Assembly: GCF_006345805.1 (NCBI RefSeq)
Contig: NC_042997.1
Span: forward strand, 85,374,001-85,438,000
From: Octopus sinensis
Taxonomy: Eukaryota
DNA length: 64,000 nucleotides
Direction of reading: 5' to 3'
Shown here: one piece after another, positions 13,990 through 25,699 of the stretch
Position numbering within the stretch: the first letter of the stretch is position 1
Layout of the letters: each line of letters begins with the position of its first letter
The notes under the pieces: model-generated
Database searches by the model: none
Seen by the model: the letters and a program-made list of their open reading frames with translations, nothing else
What the model was told of the DNA's origin: nothing
Made by a program: the position numbers and the translations under genes

Positions 13990-14215
13990 GTCTTGATGTT
14001 GTCGTTTAACCTCAGATCAGTCCTGATCTAACAAACTTTTATCGAAGCTGCTTTAACCGTAACCTTTTTTTTTTTATCAATCATTGTGCATCTAGAACTA
14101 TCCTATTTGTCTTTCCATTTTAGGTTTTAGAATGGGATTTGAGGGGAGATTTGGCTGCTATTTGCAATAGATCGAGTGGCCACATAAAGTTCTTTGTGCG
14201 ATAATAACAGCCAAT
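13990..14215 (+). repeat. Representative copy of a dispersed short repeat with the core gatttggctgctatttctagca (other copies near 7140, 7300, 11500, 11670, 14600, 17490, 32715, 33510)
   Basis: The same degenerate core and flanks recur on both strands; class not determined. Confidence 0.5.
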
Positions 14216-15057
14216 ATCTTGGGAAAGAGGTTGGCGCCACCCTAATGATCATACCTAATGAAAGGCTTCAATAAAAATCACAAGAATATTTAATCCTAGT
14301 CACGGGTTTGTGAACCCCAAATCGGAAAGATTGACCCCAATGACGAAAATTTTATGGGAACGGCTCAACTTCTAAGACAGCTTCATTTAAGAGATTATAG
14401 AAATATTCAAAAGAGATTTATATGTTCATTGTTATTCAAGTTATCCACTCTGAAATACAGTAACTGCTTAGCATCGTAATTAGAGGCGTTCTAGCCTCGA
14501 TCACCCTGTCTTTTCATTTTTCTTCTTTGATTTTTTAGGTTCGCTTTTTATGTTTCCATTCCTTTTTTAAGACTATAAATTGTAGTTTGTAGGAAATTTA
14601 GCTGCTACTTCAAGCAACAGAGTTTCCTTGTTGAGTTTCTTGAAATGTTTTACAAGATCACAAATGTTTTACGAGAACACAAATATTTTATTTACTCGAC
14701 ACGGAGGGATTAAAATTGTCTGTGCTTAAGTTTATGTTTCAAGATTGGAGCTTACGTTTGTTGTAGTTGTTTGGTTCCAAGTCAGCTTTGATCAAAACAG
14801 ACCCATAATCAAAGTATTGTACTCGTGACCATCGCATCTTTTTCTCAAGTGTAGAATGTATAAAACCAAACTTTTCAAATTTGCCTTGTTATTTATCCCC
14901 AGGTCAGCCCTGATCTCGTGAGGCCATTAGTAAAAGACTTCCAGCAGATACTATATCGTCAAAGACTATCCTATATACCTAGGACTGATCCCAATACGTC
15001 CCACTTTTTGTGATGACATGGTTATGGTTTGTGATAGTTTCAGGTGTCATTAGTTTC

Positions 15058-15495
15058 ACATTTCGGTACAAAGCCAGCAATTTGGGGGAGGGGTAATTCG
15101 ATTATATCGATCTCCAGTATACAACTGATACTTATTTTATCGAAACCCAACAGGTGAAAGGCAAAGTTGACCTCAGTGGAATTTGAACTCAAAACGCGCA
15201 GATGAACGAAACGCTTCTAAGCATTTTGCCAGCCGTGCTAACAATTCTACTAACTCGCCGCCTTCAGATTCGGGTATTATTTATTTCAAATTTTGGCTGA
15301 AGGCCTGCAGTTTCGGGTGAAGAAGTAAGTCGATTACAGCGATCCCAGGGTTCAACTGATATTTATTTTATCGACCCTGAAATGATGAAGGGCGAAGTCG
15401 ACCTTGGCGGAACTTGAACTCAGAATCTAAAGACGGTCGAATGCCGCTAAACATTTTGTCCGTCGTGCTAACGATTCTACCAGCTCGCCGCCTTC
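15058..15495 (-). mobile_element. Two head-to-tail SINE family A copies
   Basis: Matches the family consensus twice, with a period of about 230 bp. Confidence 0.8.
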
Positions 15496-15717
15496 AGAAT
15501 CGAGTATTATTGCTAGCCGATGATGTGACCATGTAAAAATTCCTTTGTTTGGCCACTTAGTTTGTTTGAAACTAGAACCAGAGTTTTTTTCTCTCTGGTG
15601 GTCCAGAATGTCTCGAAACACTACACGCTTAACACTTCTAGCACCAATTACAGTTTGTCCTTTCGTTAAGATTAATGTCACTCTATCAGTATTGCACCCT
15701 TTATCCTCTTTCTTTTA

Positions 15718-15930
15718 ATTGTTTCAGTCGCTGGAATGCAGCCATGCTCGGGCACCGCCATCAAGTGTTTAGTTGACGATATCGACCCAAGTACTTACTT
15801 TTTTAAGTATGATACTTATTCTATCGATCTCTTTTTGCTGAACTATTGAGTTATAGGGGACGTTAACAAACCAGCACCAATTGTCAAATGGTGGTAGTGG
15901 TGGTGGTGGTGGGACAAACACTAACATAGG
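15718..15930 (-). mobile_element. SINE family B, 3' half
   Basis: Matches the 3' part of the copy at 30141-30560. Confidence 0.7.
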
Positions 15931-16300
15931 CACACATACATATACATACATATATATGTGTGTGTGTGTGTGTTTGTATGTATATGTGTGTGTGTGAGTT
16001 TGTGTATGTATTATATATATAAATGTGTAAGGGTGTCAGTCTGTGTGTTTGGGATTACTCTAACTCTTCCCACACTGTCTAACCGATTTTAATGATTTTT
16101 GGCGCATAGGTAGATCACATGCCTGAAGTTCAAAGAAAGCCGGGTTTTTTTTTCGAAAACTCGATAATGCTCAGTTGGCATCGATTTTCGTGAGCTCAAT
16201 GGGGCGTTTAAATGGAAATTCCCATAACCATGTTATTTTTCCTGCATGTCTTGCATCTTTTCACGTGTAAAATTTCAACAAAATCGATAGAATAGTCTCT

Positions 16301-16438
16301 AAGCTTGTTTACCAGCTACCTGGTTCCGGGTTCAGTCCCACTGAGTGGCATCTTGGGCAAGTGTCTTCTACTATAACCTCTGGCCGACCAGAGCCTTGTG
16401 AGTGGATTTGGTTGACGGAAACTGAAAGAAGCCCGTCG

Positions 16439-16476
<38 letters not shown>

Positions 16477-16589
16477 ATATATATATGCATGTGTGAGTGT
16501 ACGTTTGTGTGTCTGTGTTTGTCATCCCAACATCGCTTGACAACCGATGCTGGTGTGTTTATGTCCCCGCAACTTAGCGGTTCGGCAAA
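16301..16589 (+). mobile_element. SINE family B (tRNA head, internal TA/TG microsatellite), 3'-truncated
   Basis: ggttccgggttcagtcccactg...cttgggcaagtgtcttctactata...gtgagtggatttgg.tgacggaaactgaaagaagcccgtc. Confidence 0.85.
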
Positions 16590-16619
16590 TTTATGTATGT
16601 GTGTGTGTGTATCATTTAT

Positions 16620-16987
16620 TTTTCAGTCATTTGACTGCAGCCATGCTAGAGCACCGCTTTTAGCCGAGCAATTCGACTCCAGGATTTATTCTTTGTAAGC
16701 CTAGTACTTATTTTATCTTTCTCTTTTGCCGAACCACTAAGTTACGGCGACATAAACACACTAACATCGGTTGTCAAGCGATGTTGGAGTGACAAACACA
16801 AATACAAACGTACACTCACACATGCATATACATACATACGGGCTTCTTTCAGTTTCCGTCTGCCAAATCCACTCACAAGGCTTGGTCGGCCTGAGGCTAT
16901 AGTAGAAGACACTTGCCCAAGATACCACTCAGTGGGACTGAACCCGGAACCATGAGGCTGGTAAGCAAGCTTCTTACTACACAGCCA
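16620..16987 (-). mobile_element. SINE family B, near full length, inverted relative to the copy at 16301-16589
   Basis: Matches the family consensus on the minus strand. Confidence 0.85.
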
Positions 16988-17235
16988 TATATAAATAGTT
17001 AATTCAAAAATGGAAAATAAGACAGCAAGAAAAACAACAACATGAGGACATATCACATGTATTAATAAGACAGTCAAAGAAGGAAAACAGTGGTTGTTTT
17101 ACGTTTCGAACATAGCGCTTTTTCGGAACAGAAAACATAGTAAAGTTCAAAGGAAAATTAAGTAGGAGGAAAAAATCGCCAACAGTCCACGTGTAGTCGT
17201 GTGTGTGTAGGTGCGTGCGCGCACACATATATACG

Positions 17236-17352
17236 ACGGGCTTTGGCCGACCCGAGCTATAGTAGAAAACGCTTGCCCAAGGTGCCTCACAGTGGGACTG
17301 AGCTCGGAACCTTGTCTTTGGGAAGCAAACTTCTTACCAAACAGCCACACCT
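17236..17352 (-). mobile_element. SINE family B, 5' fragment
   Basis: Matches the family head region. Confidence 0.7.
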
Positions 17353-17869
17353 GTATGTAGTGGTTATTATTCAATCCTGACCAAGGAGTTCCATCTGGCT
17401 ACAATCAACTTATTTGGTTTTCTGTCACCAGCTATATAATCAAGTATACGATTTCTTTTTAAGAGTAGGATTACATTTCACGAAATTTTGTAGTTACTTC
17501 TAACAAATCAAGTGACCACATAGATACTTACTTCTAAACCTCTTCATTCTATTTGGAGGATTGTGGAAGAGGGGGACATCAGAGACCAATACTAGCTGCT
17601 TTATTTGGAAAGGTTGCTTTAAGTTAACAACAAATTTATCCCATTGTAAATCAATTAGATATTCTATTTACAAGAAGCAGTAAGCAAACAATTCACTCTT
17701 TGATCGTCAAATTTTTGATGTGTAACGCAAAGGAAGTCTTATATTCCTCTGAAATTTGAGTGGTTCAGAAACAATTCTGAAAGTTCCGGCAGCAGCTGAT
17801 TGTGAGCGTTGTTTCGCCATCTCCTTCAATAGTTCTAAGTTTACTTACATCCCACAGTTGCAATAGTCT

Positions 17870-17889
17870 GTATTGTCTGTCTGTCTGTA

Positions 17890-17944
<55 letters not shown>

Positions 17945-18065
17945 GTCTCTGTCTCATCTTTACTAACTGTCAGTCTGCCTGCCTGCCTTCCTGCCTACAC
18001 GTCTGTCTGCATGCCTACCAGTCTGTCTGCCTACCTATCTGCTTGTCTGTCTGTCTGTCTATACG

Positions 18066-18099
<34 letters not shown>

Positions 18100-18218
18100 T
18101 ACGATTGTATGCATGTATGTATGTATGTATGTATGTATGTATGTATGTATGTATGTATTATGTATGTATGTATGTATGTATGTATGTATGTATTATGTAT
18201 GTATGTATGTATGTATGT
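17870..18218. repeat. Compound tetranucleotide microsatellite (GTCT)(ATCT)(GCCT)(TA)(ATGT)
   Basis: Read directly from the sequence. Confidence 0.95.
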
Positions 18219-18639
18219 TAGAGATGTTAAGGATTAAAGAATTTGGTGTAATAGATGGAATGGAACTAGCCATAAAATTAATGCAGAGTTGATAGAAGTG
18301 TGGTTGTCTTCAGTATATTTGTTTATTGGGAGGAGATATGGGATGTGCTCATATATTAGATGAAAGGTATGTAAACTTGTATGCATACGATGGCGGATGT
18401 TTAATGCATATAAATTTGAAAGTATTATTATAGTACTACCAGTCTGCCTGCCTACCTGTCCAAAGGTTTATGAAGTATCTTTTAATTTGTTAATGAAGAT
18501 TTTTTGTTTCTAACGGACAGACTGGAGAAGTTCTGTATACATCGAATTACCCCCCACTGAGGGTGATCTCTCCTAAACAAATATCTTAAGATTTATCTTT
18601 AAATGAGTCTTTTTAATTTTAACCAGTTATAAAATCGTG

Positions 18640-18830
18640 ATTAGGATGTCATAGGAAGAAATGGCAAGACGGATTCTTCTAGTCGAACCAACAGGCAAAG
18701 GACCTAGGGGTAGACCAAGACTAAAATGGTTGATAATATTCATAGTCTCACTTGGTCACGCTTAGAAATTCATTTGAAAATGTCATGCTTCTGATTGGAC
18801 CTTATGGGAAAATAGTGGGTAGTGAAGACT
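18640..18830 (+). mobile_element. RTE-like LINE C-terminal fragment
   Basis: Translates to RMS*EEMARRILLVEPTGKGPRGRPRLKW, resembling the G-x-R-x-x-GRP-x-x-x-W motif at the end of RTE ORFs. Confidence 0.55.
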
Positions 18831-19709
18831 GACGGATGAATAAAATCGTAAAATTGTAAGGCAAAGTAATTTTAAAGAAATACTAATAGGATTTGGTATT
18901 TAAATACTTTGATTTTAATTAATTAACTTAAAATATTATATTCGTGTTGAAAATGTATGTCAGTATTAGTAAGATTAATCAACTTACTTCGATCTGCAAA
19001 AATGAAATAATTATATGGTTTGCATTTATTAGCTTACTTGATAATAGGTAAAACCTGAGGTGGCAACTGGCCTTTTTAAGCAGAACGCCCACACACACAC
19101 GTATGTATGTTTTATGTATGTATGTATGTACTTACGTACGTATGAATTTATGGTGTATGTATGTATAAGGGTTTCATCCCAAAACAAATCGAAAGTATTA
19201 ATCACTACAAAGCTAATTGGTTCTTATCGTACAAGTGAGTCTCTGGACTTGCTTGTACGATAATATCAACAAACAAATCAGAGTCAAGTAGGAATTGGAA
19301 TTAGAATTTTAAAATGTCAGGAGTTGAACAGAATTATGGTTGTTGGTATTCGCCCTTTTAAAAGGATAAGAGAAACTAGATTTTTTGTAAAATAACATGC
19401 TATTCAAGCCATACGATTTGTTTCGGCTAGTGGGAAAATGTCTTTATAAGTAAAGTGATATTTATGAGGCCTAGTATATTTAAAAAACGAAAACTAAAAG
19501 TGACATAGATGTAAACATTTTTTTTTGTGGAAATCAACTTAGATGTGAAATTGTTAACCTAAGTGAAGGATTATTACTAAAGATTGATATTAGATAACAG
19601 CTAATTCATTATAAATAGCAAAGATTATATATATGTGTATGTGTGTGTATAAAGACATGCACACACACATACACACACACACACACATATATTATACACA
19701 ACTAACACT

Positions 19710-20283
19710 AAGATTAACAACCGGTTTATTCAAACAGAGCTTTTATCACCATACATAGACTGTTAAAAACCAGAAGAGACAAATGATGCTTTGCTATCAA
19801 GTCATATTTGAAATATAAAGTCAAGCAATATGCTTTTTTATATACAAAGAAAATTCTATCTTTCGCAAAGCTAACAATAAAAAGCCTGGTCAGTTTCACG
19901 TATGAAATTCTATTCCCAAACATTCAATAATTTGTCAGACGCTCGGAATTAGTCTTATTTTGCAGTCACAAAATGTAGAACGTTGAAGCGTTTCAAACCA
20001 ATTAGATTTCCAAACAATAATTTAATGATCACATCTATATTATTTTCTAATAAATGTACATTTTTATTCAGATAGAAAATATCTTCAACTTACTAACAGT
20101 AACAATACATTTCCATTAACAGCAGAGGCATTTTTAATTACATAGTTTTGCAATTTAATAATCTTCTACCTTAATAAACCCGGAACTTAAAATCTAGTGT
20201 AATACCACCAAATTAATGTTTTGATTTTATTAGTTAAATTTTGGTCTAATTAATATCCCACCACTAAATATATTTATTAAAAC
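19710..20283 (+). mobile_element. Ancient AT-rich repeat copy 1, probably a LINE ORF2 APE/linker relic
   Basis: About 70% similar (estimated by eye) to 21385-21950 and 20700-21060 on the opposite strand; shared peptides INxxFIQTELL, STLxNPExxI and NIxPLxIFI. Confidence 0.45.
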
Positions 20284-20699
20284 ACGCACGCAGTTATATA
20301 AATATTAAAGACAATCTGGGCAGATATATTTGATGGAACAGTGTCTTTTGAGTACCAAATAACAAAACCATGAACTTACTAAGATATACAATGAGATAAA
20401 CATATATCGTAATACCATCAGATAATATTTATTACAAATTATAAAAGATTAATATCATTATATATGTGTGTGTGTTCGTGCACGCGCGCGTTATTGTGTG
20501 TACGTATTCAAGCGTACACCTACGCCATGTTAGCATTAAATTAAACACAGTCTCAAAATAAATTTTATAGAATTGCATCGCTCGATTTTCCTGCAAAAAA
20601 AGTCTTACACTTACTTGAGAGACAAATAGATGAATATAATCATACGCATCTTTAAATAACAGTATTTTTGACTGAGCTGAGCCAAATCAATAAAGTTCA

Positions 20700-22400
20700 G
20701 TAATTAAATAAATATAATTAATGGCAGGATATTAGTTAAGCCTAAGGTTAAACAATAAAATCAATGTATTAATTTAGTGGAAATCTATTAGATTCTAAGT
20801 TCTGGGTTTGTCAATGTTGATCATTATTAAATTACAAAGCTATTGTAATTAAAAGAGCTTTTGTTGTAGTAGAAATGAACTTTATGCGAAAGTGTTTTGT
20901 AACTGAGTAAAAATATACATTGTAGGAGGAAAACATTATAGGATATGAAAGTCAGTGAAGTGAACGAATTTATTAGACGTTGGCGTGGTCGTAAATTATG
21001 ATAAATTATAATCTGTGTAGAAATATAGTTGGTTTTGAAATGCCATTCATGTACGTTAGGATAACTTGATATATAGTGAAAAAGGTATTATCTAATTAAA
21101 CACATCAGAAAGAAAATATGGTTTCAAATATACAGAAAGTGTATAAAAATGTATTGGAATATAAATTAAGATATGAATAATTATCATATAAAATTGAAAT
21201 TGGAATAAAGATTAAAATAATATACAATAATATAGTGTGGAATAGTTATTGGGTGTCTAAATATATCTGTTCAATTGGAAGAGGTTGAACGACAAGTTGT
21301 AATTAAGTTAACTACAATAAAATAACCTTAATGAAACCTAATAATTTGATGATTTAAAAGGAAATTGTAAGTTGCTAGTTAATAATTTAATAAATATAAT
21401 TAATGGTGGGACATTAATTAAGTTTAATATTTAACAATAATGATTGTATTAACTGATGGGATTATACTAGATTTTAAATTCTGGGTTTATCAAGGTTGAA
21501 CATTATTAAGTTCTAAATTTATAATAATTTTTTTTTGTTGTTTTTGCTATTAGTAGAGATGTACAGTTGGAAAAAATTAATTTTGTGTTGAAAATGTAAG
21601 CATGATAATTAAACTATTGCATATTTGGAAATATAATTAGTTTGAACTGCTTTAATATTCTACAACTTCTATCACTACTAGATGAGGCCAGTTCTAAGTG
21701 TCGAACAAGTTGTCGAATGTTGGAGATGAAAATTTCCAAAATTCTGAAGTGCACAACTGGCAAGAGTTTATAATTGTTAGTGTAAGGTTTCGTTAAAAAT
21801 AGAATATTTTTATATTAAAAGCATGTTGTTTGGCTTTAAAATTCAAATATAACGCAATATCAAAGTGCTGCCTTGTCTCTTTTGATTTGTAAAAATGTAA
21901 GATTACAGAAGCTCCGTTTGAATAAATTGGTCGTTAATCTTATGCAAGAAAGAGTGAGTGTATTGGTTGGTGTTGGAAGTGACACAATAAACTAGTTCTT
22001 TTCCCTTACAATATCATCTGAGCAGTAAATTATTGGTTAATATCTCCTCCTACGAAATTAAACGTATTTTTATTGAAGGGGCGTGTTTTTAATTTCGATT
22101 AGAGTTTGCTAATGTTTGTATAAAATCATGAGTAGTTGATATGAGGTTTTAATAACTTTTTAGTTGAGAACTTAGCGATATTTGTGATTTTGTAGGATAT
22201 GTTTCAAAAAGAGTGTGAAATAGATTTAGCTGCGTATGTTGAAGTTTATAAATTGTACTGCGGATTGTACAACATTGTATCTACCTTTCTTCATTTAACA
22301 GGTGTTAGTTTTTATTCCTGGAATTTTATACTGTTTCTGAACTGACGCTTCTCTTCAGACCTTCACTATAATGGTTGGATTATTTATCAAAAAAACAGTT
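20700..22400 (-). mobile_element. Ancient AT-rich repeat copies 2 and 3, probably LINE APE/linker relics
   Basis: The minus strand gives NFVGGDIN (22035-22059; compare APE GDFN) followed by FLHKINDQFIQTELL, with many stops and frameshifts. Confidence 0.45.
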
Positions 22401-23590
22401 CATTTGAAAACAACGTACAAAGTTAAAGGATACATTTTTAATTACATTTTAAATACATTTTCAATAACACTATTGGGGTGAGTAGATGATTTGTGAATAT
22501 GTTGAAATTGTATACAGCGTTTGCAGCTAATTCATTAAAATCAACAAATTAATGACATAATAAATTTTGTTAGATATCTTTTTTAAAAGTGTTACATTCT
22601 CACTTGAGTAATACCGAGCATTTTTTTTTACCATACTCTAATTAATTGTAATTAAAATCTGTCTTAAAATATAAATTTTAGATATCTTTTTAAAACATCT
22701 CAATCTTATCTTAGTTATAGCATACATTTGCAGTATTTTCTACAACTATCACAAATAAAACAAACCTTCATTTCCATAGATCCCCGTTTCATAAACGTTT
22801 AATAATCAGTCAGAATAATACCCTCCAAACTCATACACATTAGGTATCCATATAGACACACAAGATCTGTTGTCCCTTTTTAGTTAACAAAAGTTATATA
22901 GTATAGTATAATAGTGCTGTGTACTTACGCCTTCTCTACATTCTGAGTTCAAACCACACTGCTAGAAACAGATTTTATCTTTCATCACTTAAGGGTCCTA
23001 CAAAATAGGTACCAGTCATACGCTGAAATCGATTCAAAATATTCAAATGCACCAATCCCAACCTAGCAGATAATTTACATCCTTCCAGCTTCCTCCCGAA
23101 AAACAACATCAATAACAATTTTAAAAAGTACTATTTCACATAACCAGCTATCAAATATTAAAACTAATATCATTTATATAGGAAAGAGGTTTATATGGCA
23201 GGCTTCAAAACCTAAAATCAAACGGCCACAGATTCCAGTCCGATTTGATCAGAGTTGACCTTTCCTCTTTCTCAAGTTGATAGAAAAAGCACCCGCAGTA
23301 TAATAGATATAAATGGGATAACTCGCCAAATTTATGTGATACAGAAAGTAATGTCCATTTCCTTCTTTAGGTCAAAGACCAAAGAAAGTATTGGCATCTA
23401 AAATCTGCTATAATCTAGCCAAAACGAACCAAAAGGAAAAAGAAAAGGAAATAAAAGGTAATATAAAAGAATATAAATGAAAATGTAAAAATAAAGCTTC
23501 CAATTAATTGTTTATTCAGAAATATCGCTGAGAAAACGCCTACACTCATATGCATGTATATGTGTGTTTGTGTGTGAGTGTGTTTGTATG

Positions 23591-23622
<32 letters not shown>

Positions 23623-23626
23623 CACA

Positions 23627-23664
<38 letters not shown>

Positions 23665-23699
23665 TATATATATATGTATATATATATGCATATATATAT

Positions 23700-25329
23700 A
23701 TGTATATATATATATATGTATGTATATATATATGTATATATATATATATAAACACACGCACGTATATATATATAACACAAACACGTGCATCTATTAAAAT
23801 TACGTCAAGGCAATAGCGTTATATACATATACAGTATCAAATATATGTATACATACAGCGTACATTCATATATACATGCATTATTAACGTACCCATTCAT
23901 AATAACATAAAACACACAGTGAAACACATACATGCATATATACGCATGCGCACACTCTCATATAGAAGCTCAATCATCATGGTCACACATAGGCCATACA
24001 GAGATGCACACATTCCCCAAAATCAATATTGGTGGTGGGGACTATTCAATGAATATGGAAATCTACAAAATGTTAAGGAAGGAAGTATAAAGTCAGATAG
24101 ATAGAGAGAGAGTGGGGCAGGCAGAGGATACTGATATTGAATATGAAAATGTTATGAGGAAACGTGTAATAAAAACAAAGGGAATGCTTGAAAAATAACG
24201 GTGCTATAGATTAAAGTAATTTATTATTCTGACAATCTATAATTCTGATATTGGAAAGGTTATGTTTATATAAATTATTCTTGAGGATATACGTGAATAC
24301 GTTAGAGTGAAATGAAATTCATTAGTGTCTCATTAATTCCAATCATCTGTTCAACCTCACACATACAAATATACATTTACATACACACATGTGTGAATGA
24401 GCAAGCCTCTGCACACACACACACACACTTACGCACCAAATATGTGCGAGTATGCATAATGTATGTAGATCTGTGAGTGTACTATACTGGGTTACTCTGG
24501 CATGTTTATATATGTATATATATATATGTATGTATATATATATGTATATATATATATATATATAAACACACGCACGTATATATATATAACACAAACACGT
24601 GCATCTATTAAAATTACGTCAAGGCAATAGCGTTATATACATATACAGTATCAAATATATGTATACATACAGCGTACATTCATATATACATGCATTATTA
24701 ACGTACCCATTCATAATAACATAAAACACACAGTGAAACACATACATGCATATATACGCATGCGCACACTCTCATATAGAAGCTCAATCATCATGGTCAC
24801 ACATAGGCCATACAGAGATGCACACATTCCCCAAAATCAATATTGGTGGTGGGGACTATTCAATGAATATGGAAATCTACAAAATGTTAAGGAAGGAAGT
24901 ATAAAGTCAGATAGATAGAGAGAGAGTGGGGCAGGCAGAGGATACTGATATTGAATATGAAAATGTTATGAGGAAACGTGTAATAAAAACAAAGGGAATG
25001 CTTGAAAAATAACGGTGCTATAGATTAAAGTAATTTATTATTCTGACAATCTATAATTCTGATATTGGAAAGGTTATGTTATATAAATTATTCTTGAGGA
25101 TATACGTGAATACGTTAGAGTGAAATGAAATTCATTAGTGTCTCATTAATTCCAATCATCTGTTCAACCTCACACATACAAATATACATTTACATACACA
25201 CATGTGTGAATGAGCAAGCCTCTGCACACACACACACACACACTTACGCACCAAATATGTGCGAGTATGCATAATGTATGTAGATCTGTGAGTGTACTAT
25301 ACTGGGTTACTCTGGCATGTTTATATATG

Positions 25330-25340
<11 letters not shown>
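23700..25340. repeat. Near-identical 814-bp tandem duplication bounded by (TA)n tracts
   Basis: Identical ORFs at 23919-24104 and 24733-24918 (offset 814). The only difference I saw in the unique part is (AC)8 versus (AC)9. Confidence 0.9.
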
Positions 25341-25414
<74 letters not shown>

Positions 25415-25699
25415 GAGAGAGAGAGAGAGAGAAGAAGAAGAAGAAAGGGGATTAAGGAAATCCAAGCAAATAACTCATTCAGCCCTCCATGCAGAAATCC
25501 TGTTTAACAGCATGCAAGGGAGACGAAGCTGAATCCATATTCAATTAATCTATAAGGCAATTAATCAACAGGGCATACAATAAACCCGAAGAAGTTCACA
25601 TTTAAACTGCCGGTACATTTATCACAGAGTGTAAACAGACGAAGGAAGATGATGGCATTACATGATTTTGTTAAAGGTTACGATTGTTTCGGTAGCGAG

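Noticed and set aside
19710-22900. NUMT, or foreign DNA using a reassigned stop-codon code (TAA/TAG aligned across the three repeat copies)
   Set aside because: No mitochondrial gene motif was recognised. The aligned stops are mostly in the antisense frame, the better-conserved frame has APE/LINE-like peptides, and all three stop codons occur irregularly, which fits ordinary decay.
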